From the NCBI GenBank assembly GCA_965217775.1, contig CBDCJH010000002.1, positions 5,120,001 to 5,184,000 of the forward strand: a DNA stretch of 64,000 bases. The letters run 5' to 3'. Numbering within the stretch: the first letter of the stretch is position 1; every line of letters starts with the position of its first letter. The position numbers and the translations under genes are program-made. This stretch comes from Acidobacteriota bacterium. Its GTDB lineage: Bacteria; Acidobacteriota; UBA6911; RPQK01; JAJDTT01. Below, in pieces: positions 1-9,593 of this stretch. The notes beneath the pieces were generated by a model. The model was not told the DNA's origin, did no database searches, and saw only the letters and a list, made by a program, of their open reading frames with translations.

Positions 1-1
1 A

Positions 2-649
2 GCGTCCTTGCTCCAGATATTGGAGTCCCAGAGTCGTGGCGCCGAACATCCCCTGGAGAGTTCGAAACCGCTCCATCTCCTGTCGGCCTTCTTCCCCCTG
101 GCCGCTTCGGGTCAGGGCGATGGCCAGATTGTAGTGGGCCGAAGCGTTGTACGGCTCCAAGGAGAGGACTTTCCGAAAGTGGCCGATGGCTTGCTCGTAA
201 CGTCTTGCGCGCGAGCTCAGCAGTCCCAGGTAGTACTGCGTCGAAGGGTCCTGGGGATCCTGCCGGGCGACCCGGCCGAAGGCCTCTGCCGCCTTCGCGG
301 CCTGATCCTGGTTCCGATAGATGAGACCCATCATGTAGTGGGACTGGATCTGCTCCGGATCCAATTCCAAGGCCTTCCGGAAGGATCGGGCCGCCTCCTC
401 GTGGAGTTGCTGATTGAACAGCGCGACTCCCAGGTTCACATGCCCGGGCACGAAATTCGCGTCCAGTTCCAGAAGCCGAGAAAATTCCGAGGCGGCGGCC
501 TTGTAGTCGAGCTGTTCCATGAAGGCCACGCCCCGGCTGTTGAGCCGCAGGAGTTCCCTCACTTCAACCGAATCGCTCCGGGGGGGCAACCCGAAGATGG
601 TCCAAAGGGCGGCAGCGGCGAGGAAGGGAGTCAGAAGCAGACGAACCAT
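2..649 (-). CDS. TPR-repeat protein, secreted/membrane-anchored; runs off the window edge
   Basis: Manual translation from ATG at 649: MVRLLLTPFLAAAALWTIFG...NSRGVAFMEQLDYKAAASEFSRLLELDANFVPGHVNLGVALF (signal-like N-terminus, TPR pattern). The + ORF 8..787 is its antisense shadow. Confidence 0.75.
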   Translation of the reverse strand, partial: MVRLLLTPFLAAAALWTIFGLPPRSDSVEVRELLRLNSRGVAFMEQLDYKAAASEFSRLLELDANFVPGHVNLGVALFNQQLHEEAARSFRKALELDPEQIQSHYMMGLIYRNQDQAAKAAEAFGRVARQDPQDPSTQYYLGLLSSRARRYEQAIGHFRKVLSLEPYNASAHYNLAIALTRSGQGEEGRQEMERFRTLQGMFGATTLGLQYLEQGR

Positions 650-652
650 GGC

Positions 653-1306
653 TCAAGACCGACCGTGGAAGGCAAAGATGTACTCCTTGAAACCGTTTCG
701 AAGCCTGAAGGAACTGAAAAGCCGGAAGTGGGGCATCATCCGGTTCAGGTCCGCCCGGTGGTATCGAGGGGACGTGCGCAGCAATGAGGAGAGGTACTCG
801 TAGCGGAGCCGCTCCGAATCGATGACCTGGAATCGGATCGGTCTCTCCGGAATGTACCGGTTTGTGGAAATCATGGAGAACAGCAGCGTCCCCGGATGGC
901 AAAAGCGGTCCAGGTGTTTGATCAGGCCGGAAATCTCAAGCTTTTCCAGGTAGTTGAACAGATCCCAACCCAGGATCAGGTCGAACCGCATTTCCTCGCT
1001 GTAGGGAAATAGATAGCGGTAGACTGCGTCATAGGAACGGGGCTCACGGGGATCGAAGAAGTCGAAGGAGGACAAGGTCTCGTAGAGGTCTTCGATTTCG
1101 ATGTGCAGGGAGCGAACGCACTGGGACAGCAATTGGAAATTCGAGGCGGAAGCCGACCCCAGGTCCAGAACGCTCAGTTTCCGCCGGCCCCGTACCTGAT
1201 TGTAGGCGATGTTGAAGCCGACGGAGGTATGGACTTCGGCTTCCGGCAGAGTCGGTTCCGGAGCGAGTCTGGGCTCAGGATTGCGGAGAAGGGACCACCG
1301 CATCAC
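653..1306 (-). CDS. class I SAM-dependent methyltransferase-like protein
   Basis: VLDLG motif I, FDLILGWD motif, HPGTLLF; overlaps the bactofilin stop. Confidence 0.65.
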   Translation of the reverse strand: MMRWSLLRNPEPRLAPEPTLPEAEVHTSVGFNIAYNQVRGRRKLSVLDLGSASASNFQLLSQCVRSLHIEIEDLYETLSSFDFFDPREPRSYDAVYRYLFPYSEEMRFDLILGWDLFNYLEKLEISGLIKHLDRFCHPGTLLFSMISTNRYIPERPIRFQVIDSERLRYEYLSSLLRTSPRYHRADLNRMMPHFRLFSSFRLRNGFKEYIFAFHGRS

Positions 1307-1878
1307 GCCTTTGGAAAGGGCGACGTGGTCTGGGCGGAGATGACGGGCTCGGATACGACTCTCGGTGAAGCCGGCGCAGCATCCACCATCGAGTCTGCGC
1401 CGCGGGATTCTCCACCATCTCCTGACGACTCCTGGTAGTCGTCATTGTCGCCCATGTCAATGCTGCCCTTGAACCTGCAGCCCTCTTCGAGAACGACCTG
1501 GGGAGCGATGAGATTTCCCCGGACACTTCCAGTTCCACGCAGGACGATCTTCTCTTCACCCTGAATGGTCCCTTCAACGTAGCCCTCGATGCTGATCAAC
1601 TTGGCGAACATGTCGGCCTTGATCCGTCCTTCCCGGCCCACGGTGAGACTCTGGTTGGCAAGCGACAACTTTCCTTCAATCCGTCCATTGACCAACAGGT
1701 CCTGGGCTCCACTCACCTCCCCGTGGATGACGATGGCCGTCCCGATGACGGCCCGTTCCTTCAGCCGTTCGACGGGATCCCGTTGGATTGGGTTTCGTGG
1801 GACAGTCCCCGGTTGAATCGGGTCCATGGCAGGAATAGAAGGTTCAGGCGAATCTTTTTTCCACATGTTTTGCTCCAC
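1303..1878 (-). CDS. bactofilin (polymer-forming cytoskeletal protein, CcmA family)
   Basis: IGTAIVIHGEVSGAQDLLVNGRIEG...VRGNLIAPQVVLEEGCRFKGSIDM; probable start ATG 1866. Confidence 0.9.
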   Translation of the reverse strand: MEQNMWKKDSPEPSIPAMDPIQPGTVPRNPIQRDPVERLKERAVIGTAIVIHGEVSGAQDLLVNGRIEGKLSLANQSLTVGREGRIKADMFAKLISIEGYVEGTIQGEEKIVLRGTGSVRGNLIAPQVVLEEGCRFKGSIDMGDNDDYQESSGDGGESRGADSMVDAAPASPRVVSEPVISAQTTSPFPKA

Positions 1879-1964
1879 AGATGACTAGCTATCTCTTTTA
1901 TAGGCTATTACCTCGCAAGTCAACAGGGCCGGGGCGGTAGTTCCATCGATCGGAGGGCGTTACA

Positions 1965-2441
1965 ATGCCGAAAAATCGGTCCATGAAGTCGGTTGAAGGA
2001 AGAGTTCGTAATCTGACGGGGGAATTCTTCGCTTATTATCCGGATTATCGGCTGTGCTACACCTTGGCCGTCAACGTCGAGAATGGCGTGACCAGCTACG
2101 GGGATGCGCTGTCCGCCATGTCCGGCAAGGCGCGTGCCGCCGAGTTGAATCGTGAGGCCATCGAAGAGAAGCTGAACCTCCGCAGTGTCGGCGTCCGGGG
2201 TCGAACAGTGCGAATCAGCGAACTTTCCCTGGGGGAGATCCTGCGCCTGGATCTCGACACTTGCCGGACCGTGGTGGACTTCTACTTCAAGCATCCCTAT
2301 GCCCACGGCCGGACCAGAAAGTCGCGATGGTGGCCGAGGTGGTTTCGGACTCTCTTTCTATCGACCATTCTGGGACACGCCAAGAGACATGGAATCGACC
2401 TGGACTACGGAAGCTGCTTCGAGATACTGAAGCTGTTGTGA
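1965..2441 (+). CDS. hypothetical protein
   Basis: 158-aa ORF with GGAGG upstream and protein-like composition. Confidence 0.6.
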   Translation: MPKNRSMKSVEGRVRNLTGEFFAYYPDYRLCYTLAVNVENGVTSYGDALSAMSGKARAAELNREAIEEKLNLRSVGVRGRTVRISELSLGEILRLDLDTCRTVVDFYFKHPYAHGRTRKSRWWPRWFRTLFLSTILGHAKRHGIDLDYGSCFEILKLL

Positions 2442-2460
2442 CGGTTGGGAGTAGAGACAG

Positions 2461-2769
2461 GTGAAGAAGAGTCGAGCGGCCATTCTGCTGCTGCCGTTCA
2501 TCTTTCTGGGGGCACTCTTCGTCCTCAGATCCTACCGGGTGGATCTGGTCCACACCGTAGTTTTGGAGGGCCTCGTGGAACGAGCGCCGGAAGCATATCC
2601 TCGCGAGCGGATCATCGATGCCTTCGAGGAAGCACGCCGCCGGGCTCGGGAAACAGACCAGGCCGAGATCTATCTGGGGCGGTTGTTCAGGATTTCCCAC
2701 CGCCTGGAAAAGGTCCAGCACATAGACGACGAACAGGTGGCTCAGATGTTGCAAATCCTGGAAGAATGA
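2461..2769 (+). CDS. hypothetical membrane-anchored protein
   Basis: N-terminal hydrophobic helix followed by a helical soluble domain. Confidence 0.65.
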   Translation: MKKSRAAILLLPFIFLGALFVLRSYRVDLVHTVVLEGLVERAPEAYPRERIIDAFEEARRRARETDQAEIYLGRLFRISHRLEKVQHIDDEQVAQMLQILEE

Positions 2770-2877
2770 AGGGCTCTCCCCTTGGCCGGTGCCGGGCGAA
2801 GTCCGGTAGAAACTGCCCCTCGATTCAGACTGGTTCGGGCGTACCGGGCAAGATCGTTTTCCGTTTACTTCCTCGCT

Positions 2878-2955
2878 GGGAGGGGACATGCTCGTCCTCC
2901 AGTCCTGCTCGTCCTCCGGCTCCACCGGAGTTCGGCGGCTGGAAACCGCCGCTCC
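2878..2955. repeat. REP-like doublet (GGAG-type palindromes)
   Basis: GGAGTTCGGCGGCTGGAAACCGCCGCTCC at 2927-2955 nearly matches 30673-30702; GGAGGGGACATGCTCGTCCTCC from 2879 resembles the palindrome at 22863-22890. Confidence 0.55.
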
Positions 2956-3004
2956 CCCCACGCACCCCTTTTCGTTCCCCCTCGTCTGCTAGTATCTATA
3001 ACCG

Positions 3005-3807
3005 TGTTGTGTCCACGTTGCCGTACCCGGAGCCGTGGGAACATCTGCTCCAAATGCGGCTGGACCGCCGAAGCGCGACAGCGGTCCATTTTGTTTCAAT
3101 CCGGGTCCGTCCATTCATCCCGGGGCAGGACCACCCGTGACGTGCCCGCCGGCCACGGGACCGGGGGTGGATCCGTCCAGGAAAACCCCCCGGGTTTCCA
3201 GCGTGCAAGAGTCCGCCAGGGCGACAACAGAAGGGTCATTCGAGTCGCGGGGAGGCCGCGAACCGGAAATCCGCCCAGGATCCATCGCCAGCAGAAACTG
3301 AAGCTGGAGACTCTGCCTCCCGCCCCCCGGGCAGTAAAGGCGCCCGAGCCCGCAGTCACGGTGACCAGCCTGCCGAGGGAGATCCTCCTGTCGCGGATTC
3401 TGGCCGCAATTCTGGACCTCTCGTTGGCGGGCTTGATCGGTTTTTTCTTCTGTTTCCTGGCTTATTGGGCCCTGAATCTGGATTTCTTCTCTCTTGAATC
3501 GCTACGACTCGGAGTCGGCTCCACCAGCGGTTTCTATGTCTTCAATTCCTTCTTCTTTCTCCTGGGAGCCGGGCAAACGCCTGGAATGTATTTCACGCGG
3601 CTGAGACTGGAGAGCGAGAAACAGCAGGAGTCCATACCCGTGTGGGCCGTCGCACTGTGGATTTTCCTCTACCCTCTGGCCACGTTGACTCTGGTGGGGC
3701 TCCTTTGGGGTCTGATCGATCCCTGGAGGCGCTGCATACACGATCGTATAAGCGGTATCCGAGTGGTTTCGTTTGTCGATCCGGTCAGCGCTCCGCTTCC
3801 CGAATGA
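3005..3807 (+). CDS. RDD family membrane protein with N-terminal zinc ribbon
   Basis: CPRC...CSKCG; RILAAILD, GQTPG, RRCIHDRISG RDD motifs; start uncertain (ORF open from 2782). Confidence 0.85.
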
Positions 3808-4243
3808 ACTGATTCACCAGCGTCCGCAGGCGGGGACGGCAGCGGTACTCCACATCCGGGTCGGAAAGAAAGACCTCGACAATGACGACCATGGCCGGAA
3901 TCGGATCCTCCGATTCCGCGTCCGAAAACGGTTTGGAAGTCAGAATATCCAAGGCCTGACAGAAGTCGCTCCGTTGTAGAAACCTCTGCAGAGGAAACTG
4001 TTTCAGAACCAGAGCCAGGATTCTGCAGAATGCCGGGAACCGTTTCTCGTAGAGCAGGAGGGGGACCAGGTGATGGCTGTCCTCCAGCGGTTCGCCGGCA
4101 CGGGTGGAATCGAGCAGGCGTTGGAGTTCACCGGATGAAGCGGCGGAACGGCGCCGGCCAATGAAAAGGAAGATTCCCAGCGCGATCAGGGTCAGGGCGA
4201 AGATGAGGAGCAGGACGGGGTAGCTGAGAAGCGCCTGTTGCAC
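3785..4243 (-). CDS. hypothetical membrane protein
   Basis: N-terminal TM helix, 152 aa. Confidence 0.6.
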   Translation of the reverse strand: MQQALLSYPVLLLIFALTLIALGIFLFIGRRRSAASSGELQRLLDSTRAGEPLEDSHHLVPLLLYEKRFPAFCRILALVLKQFPLQRFLQRSDFCQALDILTSKPFSDAESEDPIPAMVVIVEVFLSDPDVEYRCRPRLRTLVNQFIREAER

Positions 4244-4274
4244 GTTTCATCCGCCAAGCCGGCATCGCCCGGTG

Positions 4275-4412
4275 CTAGCCCGCATTTCTCACCAGCGGGC
4301 GCGCGCCCAGCGCAGTCTGTCCCGGAGAAACCTTGGCAAAATCCGCGTAAATGCTCAAAAACAGATTATTTTTCATTCTACGCGTAGCGAGCTGGTGAGA
4401 ATTGCGGGCTAG
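4275..4412. mobile_element. MITE with IS1380-like ends
   Basis: 22-bp inverted termini CTAGCCCGCATTTCTCACCAGC / GCTGGTGAGAATTGCGGGCTAG (1 mismatch), AT-rich interior; family assignment from recalled IS1380 end sequences. Confidence 0.65.
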
Positions 4413-4425
4413 GAGCCTGATGTTC

Positions 4426-6366
4426 TTATTCTACCGGATTGTGGATGAGATGGATTCCCTCGGAGAGGGTGCCGGCGAGAAGCTCTCCCGAAGTGGACAG
4501 ATGCAGGGTCGTGATGCGTGGTCCGGAGCTGCCTCGATCGAAAGTGTGCCAGCTTTGGCCCCCGTCAGGACTGGCATAAAGGTGTCCCAGCAGGGAGTCG
4601 CTGGCGAAGACTCGGGTATTCCGTCCGCGGGCGCCGGCCGAAAGGGCCGCAATGTCCAGAGGCTGAATACCCCCGGCCCGTACCCATTCGTCTCCGTTTT
4701 CGTTGCTGACGAAGACGCCTTTGCCCGTTCCACAAAAAAGGCGCGGTCCTGACCGGCCTACGACGTTCACCCGGACCGCCGGGAGCCCCGGGGGTGGAAG
4801 CAGCCAGATCTCACCGCCGTCGCGCGATCGAAACATTCCAGAGTCGGTCCCGGCAAACAGGGTCGCCGTGGGCAAGTCATACAATACGGTCTGCACTCCG
4901 CCGATATCGCCTGAAATCTCCTTCTTTTCCAGCTCTCCGGTTTCCAGGTCCAAATGGAAGACCCCCTGCGGTGTGGCCAGGAAGAGGCCCGTTTCCTTCC
5001 GGTTCGAAAAGGACAAATCGAGGACGGGCAGCTTGGAGATCTCCCCGACCGGCTGCCATGGAGCCTCGTCGGGAACCCCCACGAACAGGCCTGTCCCTGT
5101 CCCCAGGTACACCTTGGAGGAGAGGCGCGAGGGACGGATCGCCCGGATCGAGTCCGCGCTCCCGTCCAGACCGTCGTTGAACGAACTCCACTTCCAACTT
5201 CTTCCTTTCAGGGTGAAGAATCCGCCGTGACCCCGGTCCAGGACGACGCTGGCGTAATAGACGTGGGAGCGGCGTGGATCGGGCTCCAGAGCGCCGATCT
5301 GGCGGTGGACGAATCCTCGGTTTGAAGGGGAGAAGCTGGCACCCCCATCGTCGGAGCGGAGGATGCCTGCGTCGTCGGAACCGACCAGAATCACCGAAGG
5401 TCGGTTGGGATGCACGACCACGGCGTTCACGACGACCCCGGAGGTCAACTGCTTCCAGGATCTGCCGGCGTCTCTGGTGACGAACAGGCCCTTGGTCGTT
5501 CCGGCGTAAAGGGTTGCCGGGTCGGAGGGATCCATCTGGAGCGCACGGGTTCGCCTCGCCTCCTTGGGCAGTCCGTTCTTCAACCTGGACCACTTCTCAC
5601 CGCCATTGTCCGACTTGTAGATTCCGGAGCAGGCGCCGGCGTAAATCGTGTCCGGCTTGCCGGGTTCCACGACCATGGAAAACAGGTCGCTGTCATCGGC
5701 CATCCCCTTGTGGATCGGGATCCACTTGCGGCCCAGGTTGGCGGTCTTCCACGCCAAGTGGAAGGTTCCCACGTAGAGAGTCGGCGGGTTCTGGTCATCG
5801 AAGGCCAGGGAGTCGACGTTGTAGAGACTCCTGTATCCGCGCGTGATCCGGTCCCAGGTCTTGCCTCGGTCGCGGCTCAGCAGGACACCCTCGGAGATCC
5901 CGATGGCGATGATGGAAGGGTCCGACGGCGCAATGGCCATGGCCCGGATGGTGCTGTCATAACGACCCAGGGCGATAGGCTCCCATCCCGAGCCCCCGCT
6001 GCGGGTTCGGAACAATTGTCCCCGGTCGGCTTTCAGTTCCCAGGTGGCGGCATAGAGGGCGCCCGAATCCGAGGGGTCGAAGGCCAGGTTGTCCACCACG
6101 AGGTCCCTGCGCCCCAATCCGGGATCGATTCGAGACCAGTCCAGTCCCGTGTTCCGAGAGACGTAGATCTGACCGTCGCTGGTGCCCAGATAGAAGGTGT
6201 CAGGTTTTTGGGGATGGACGGCCAGAGAACGCACGTCTCCCCCGAAGGGACCCAGAACCCGGGAATCCGCGTTGGCTGCGAGGGGAAGATCGACCAACAA
6301 CAGGGTGAGCCAGCAGAGTAGAGCCTTCCGGCAGTACTCCCGCCAAATCGTCTTGGCCTCCTTCAT
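4426..6366 (-). CDS. secreted BNR/Asp-box (YCF48/VPS10-like) beta-propeller protein
   Basis: Many SxDGGxxW repeats; signal peptide after MKEAKTIW. Confidence 0.85.
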   Translation of the reverse strand: MKEAKTIWREYCRKALLCWLTLLLVDLPLAANADSRVLGPFGGDVRSLAVHPQKPDTFYLGTSDGQIYVSRNTGLDWSRIDPGLGRRDLVVDNLAFDPSDSGALYAATWELKADRGQLFRTRSGGSGWEPIALGRYDSTIRAMAIAPSDPSIIAIGISEGVLLSRDRGKTWDRITRGYRSLYNVDSLAFDDQNPPTLYVGTFHLAWKTANLGRKWIPIHKGMADDSDLFSMVVEPGKPDTIYAGACSGIYKSDNGGEKWSRLKNGLPKEARRTRALQMDPSDPATLYAGTTKGLFVTRDAGRSWKQLTSGVVVNAVVVHPNRPSVILVGSDDAGILRSDDGGASFSPSNRGFVHRQIGALEPDPRRSHVYYASVVLDRGHGGFFTLKGRSWKWSSFNDGLDGSADSIRAIRPSRLSSKVYLGTGTGLFVGVPDEAPWQPVGEISKLPVLDLSFSNRKETGLFLATPQGVFHLDLETGELEKKEISGDIGGVQTVLYDLPTATLFAGTDSGMFRSRDGGEIWLLPPPGLPAVRVNVVGRSGPRLFCGTGKGVFVSNENGDEWVRAGGIQPLDIAALSAGARGRNTRVFASDSLLGHLYASPDGGQSWHTFDRGSSGPRITTLHLSTSGELLAGTLSEGIHLIHNPVE

Positions 6367-6395
6367 CGTGCGTATTCTACTCCGTTCGTCACCAG

Positions 6396-6427
6396 CAGTC
6401 CGTGGTGAAAGTCCCGCGAGCACCGAG
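6396..6427 (+). repeat. 32-bp left-end fragment of the 158-bp MITE
   Basis: CAGTCCGTGGTGAAAGTCCCGCGAGCACCGAG is identical to 62902-62933. Confidence 0.8.
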
Positions 6428-6481
6428 CAGTCGTCGAGCGGGTCGTGATGGACGGAAACATTGCCCGGACATCCTCTCCGC

Positions 6482-7690
6482 TCAATTCCCACTCCTCAAC
6501 TCTCTCTCCACGCGGATCTCCACCGTACAGGTGGAGGTGCTCTCCGAATCGCTCAGTTCCACAGCGAGGGTGTAGACGCCTTCTTCCAGTCCGGTGGAGT
6601 CGAATCGGGCCGAATCGCCCTGCAGCGATACGGCGCCCCCGCTGGCAATCCAGGCAATACTCAGGACGTTGTCGTCCGGATCCATGGCATGGACCTGTAT
6701 TTTGGCCGATTTCCCTGACTTGACCGTCTGGCGACCCGGACGGCAGCGGATGAAGGGAGGACGGTTGATCTTACTCTGGATGACCCACTGAGCTGTCCAT
6801 CCGTGTCTTCCGGCGTCCGGCACCCCGAGCCGGCCAGGTCCCGCGCGGTTGAGGTTCAGACTGTACCCGGCCGAGAGTTGGAACCAGCGCCGGGAGAGGA
6901 GTGTCATCCCGAGGTGCAGTTCAAGAGGTGACTCGAATCCGGAACCGCCGAAGCGGGTGCCGACCAACTCGGCCACGAAGGTGGTCTCTCGACCCAACGG
7001 AAAGTCCAGACCCAGGCCGTAGTCGAACTGGTGTCCGGGGTTCGATTCCGGTCCGTCGCCGGAGTAGAGGAAGCCTCCGTTGATGGTGAGTCTCAAGGAG
7101 GTGGAGATCTGACGCGAGAGGAGAACATCCAGGCCCAGGCCGGATCGGTCCGGAGTCAGTTCGGGGAAGGCGGATGGGAATCCGGTCGCAGTGGAGACTC
7201 GCACCTTGGGCTGGAGAGCAAGACCTATGGGATGTCCGTGGCTGGGTGACCACAGATTCAGCTTCAGGCCGGCCCGGAGGGCCCCGGAAAACGCCGCGGG
7301 CGAAAGGCCCGGAAGGGTGGAATGGTTGGACAGAATGAACCGGTTGCCGGAGAGCCCGCTCTCGTCGAGGGCTCCCATTCGAGTCGTGCCCAACCAACTC
7401 CGAGCCTCCCAGGAGAGGAAGCCTTCCAAGTAGTCGCGGAGTCCCAACGTGAAGGAGACGGGGAAGTGGGTGATTCTGGCTTGCCCGGACCTTCTGTGAA
7501 ACCGGGCGTGATGGAGCCCCAGGCTGAATTCACCGGTTCGCAGAGTGTCGGGGGTAGCCAGGTTGAAGAGTCCGGTCGACCCCTTCCAACTGGGACGTAA
7601 CTGCTTGATCCTGTTGTGTCCGGCGGCGTCTGCGGTATTGGGAAGCAGGATCACGAAGCCCAAAACTGCCAGCGTGACGCGTCTATCCAT
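6482..7690 (-). CDS. putative outer-membrane beta-barrel protein with C-terminal PKD/Ig-like domain
   Basis: Signal peptide, GSTGLFNL..PDTLR.GEFSLG, amphipathic strands, NRPP...A.DPDD.VL...W.ASGG. Confidence 0.7.
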   Translation of the reverse strand: MDRRVTLAVLGFVILLPNTADAAGHNRIKQLRPSWKGSTGLFNLATPDTLRTGEFSLGLHHARFHRRSGQARITHFPVSFTLGLRDYLEGFLSWEARSWLGTTRMGALDESGLSGNRFILSNHSTLPGLSPAAFSGALRAGLKLNLWSPSHGHPIGLALQPKVRVSTATGFPSAFPELTPDRSGLGLDVLLSRQISTSLRLTINGGFLYSGDGPESNPGHQFDYGLGLDFPLGRETTFVAELVGTRFGGSGFESPLELHLGMTLLSRRWFQLSAGYSLNLNRAGPGRLGVPDAGRHGWTAQWVIQSKINRPPFIRCRPGRQTVKSGKSAKIQVHAMDPDDNVLSIAWIASGGAVSLQGDSARFDSTGLEEGVYTLAVELSDSESTSTCTVEIRVERELRSGN

Positions 7691-7758
7691 GCCTGCAACA
7701 GTCGATCGGGACGCCTCCCTGGCGCTCCGGAATCGGTGGGGCCGACGAGTCCGGGCTG

Positions 7759-7932
7759 CTAGATCCCGGCATCCTCCTGACCGCCGTCTCCGTTGGCGTT
7801 GTTATCGTTCAAGTCGGCGTAGTCGTCGAAGTAGTCCGCCTCGTCTTCGTAGTCTTCAAAGTCGTCGTATTCTTCCTCGTCCTCGAACTCGTCGTACAGA
7901 TCGTCTTCCTGTGCCAAGATGCTAGCAGTCAT
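7759..7932 (-). CDS. very acidic small protein
   Basis: MTASILAQEDDLYDEFEDEEEYDDFEDYEDEADYFDDYAD...; GGAG upstream of ATG 7932; varied synonymous codons. Confidence 0.5.
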   Translation of the reverse strand: MTASILAQEDDLYDEFEDEEEYDDFEDYEDEADYFDDYADLNDNNANGDGGQEDAGI

Positions 7933-7986
7933 CGAATTTGTCTCCGGAGCGATTATCCGCCGCCTTCCCAATCCAGTTCAACCACT

Positions 7987-8065
7987 GTCAGGCGTACCTT
8001 GTGGTCGCCCTCCCCGGGCCGATCAGTACGGCGCGACAGCGGGCACCCACAAGGGGTGCCCCTAC
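7987..8065. repeat. GTAG-type REP inverted doublet
   Basis: GGGCACCCACAAGGGGTGCCCCTAC (8041-8065), a degenerate partner near 7987-8011, and a related copy at 13470. Confidence 0.65.
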
Positions 8066-8088
8066 TTCCGTAGTAGAGTAGTTCCGAA

Positions 8089-8772
8089 GTGAGATCCTTG
8101 GGCGCGCTCTTGGAAGTGGTTGCAGTGGCTGTGGGCGGCTTGGTCCTGGCGCCGGCCGGGATCAGGCTGCTGGGCATTTCAGCCCGGGACATCTATGGAG
8201 ACGTGTCGCATCTCGTCCTCTATCTGACCTTGGAGTCGTCGTTGACGCTGGGCATTATTCTGATCCTGTTGTGGTCGGGAGGCCGGCGTCTCCGAGACCT
8301 GGGGTGGGCCAATCGGGGCTGGTGGAGGGAGTCGTTTGCCGGGGTGTCCGTCGTGCCTCTCCTCTTCGGCGCCACGGTTCTGGTGGGGTTCCTCTTCCGG
8401 ATCTTTCTACCGCAGTATGTCTCGGAAACGAACCCGCTGCTGGAGATGATCCAGGACGGAACCGACCTGGGGTTGCTGCTGTTCAGCAGCATCTTTGTCG
8501 GCGGGATCAAGGAAGAGGTTCAGAGAGCCTTCATTCTGGTCCACTTCCGAAACCACCTCGGAGGCGCGGTTCCGGGATTGATCCTCTGGAGCGCGTTCTT
8601 CGGCGCGGGGCACTCCTTCCAAGGCGTCGATTTCGCCGTGGCCGCGGGTGTCCTGGGCCTGCTCTTCGGTCTCCTCTATCTGTGGAGAGGACATCTGGCG
8701 GCGCCCATCGTGGCCCATGCCCTCTACGACGTCGTCACCCTCTCTATCTTCTGGGGGTGGCTCCGCTCCTGA
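8089..8772 (+). CDS. CPBP (CAAX/Abi) intramembrane metalloprotease
   Basis: EExxxR, FGAGH and HALYD motifs; multiple TM helices. Confidence 0.9.
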   Translation: MRSLGALLEVVAVAVGGLVLAPAGIRLLGISARDIYGDVSHLVLYLTLESSLTLGIILILLWSGGRRLRDLGWANRGWWRESFAGVSVVPLLFGATVLVGFLFRIFLPQYVSETNPLLEMIQDGTDLGLLLFSSIFVGGIKEEVQRAFILVHFRNHLGGAVPGLILWSAFFGAGHSFQGVDFAVAAGVLGLLFGLLYLWRGHLAAPIVAHALYDVVTLSIFWGWLRS

Positions 8773-9539
8773 TCGCGTTCCAGCTCGGCCAGAGCCAGCC
8801 GCGCGGCTTTCTGTTCGGCCCGTTTCTTCGACCTGCCCTGGGCTCGGGCCAAGACCCGATTCAGGCCTCGCACCTCGATCAGGAAGGTCTTGGAATGCTG
8901 CGGACCCGTCTCCCGGATCACCTTGTAGCTCGGTTCCCGTCCTCCCAGCACGTGCAGGCGCTCCTGGAGCCGGGACTTGTAGTTTCCCAACTCGAGTTCG
9001 TCACGGGCGTCCTGTTTCAGATGATCTCGAAACTGGTCCAGAATGAAGGAACGGGCCGCCTCCAGACCGCCATCCAGATAAATGGCGGCGATGACACTTT
9101 CGAAGGCGTCAGCCAGGATGGTCTTTCGGCTTCGCCCTCCTGTCTTCTCTTCATTGCGGCTCAGCCTGAGATACCGACCGAGACCCAGGCGCCCGGACAG
9201 GTTGGCCAACTCGGACTTGGAGACGAGAAAGGAACGGGTCTTGGAGAGCTCTCCCTCGGGCCGGTCCGGGTTGGCGAGGTAAAGGGTCTCACTGATGACC
9301 AGTTCCAGAACCGAGTCCCCGAGAAACTCGAGGGACTCGTAGTGATGTCCCGGCGTTCCCGCTTCGTGAGCGAAAGATCGGTGGGTGAGAGCTCGCTCCA
9401 GAACACGTATCCGGCGAAACCGGTGACCCAAGCGGCTCTCCAGATCCTTGAGATCTTTCCGGCGGGGACCCGACTGAATGCGGCGATGAGATCGGATCCG
9501 GGCCAACAGCCCGGACCATGAAAGAAAGAGTCTTTTCAA
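8724..9539 (-). CDS. rnc: ribonuclease III
   Basis: ALTHRS, ESLEFLGDSVL, ADAFESVIAAIYLDGG, dsRBD G.G.SKK.AEQ.AA. Confidence 0.97.
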   Translation of the reverse strand: MKRLFLSWSGLLARIRSHRRIQSGPRRKDLKDLESRLGHRFRRIRVLERALTHRSFAHEAGTPGHHYESLEFLGDSVLELVISETLYLANPDRPEGELSKTRSFLVSKSELANLSGRLGLGRYLRLSRNEEKTGGRSRKTILADAFESVIAAIYLDGGLEAARSFILDQFRDHLKQDARDELELGNYKSRLQERLHVLGGREPSYKVIRETGPQHSKTFLIEVRGLNRVLARAQGRSKKRAEQKAARLALAELERDQERSHPQKIERVTTS

Positions 9540-9593
9540 GTACCGACCCGGAACACAGTTTCCCTTTTCTGTCCGGAATGAACCGAATTCGTG

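Noticed and set aside
8-787. 259-aa + strand ORF and similar long antisense ORFs (e.g. 10671..12086, 25596..27260, 31872..33608, 60915..62441)
   Set aside because: Shadows of recognisable genes on the opposite strand, typical of high-GC DNA.
1799-1810. GGGACAGTCCCC resembling the junction motif
   Set aside because: Inside the intact bactofilin CDS and lacks the A-rich and TTCTC flanks.
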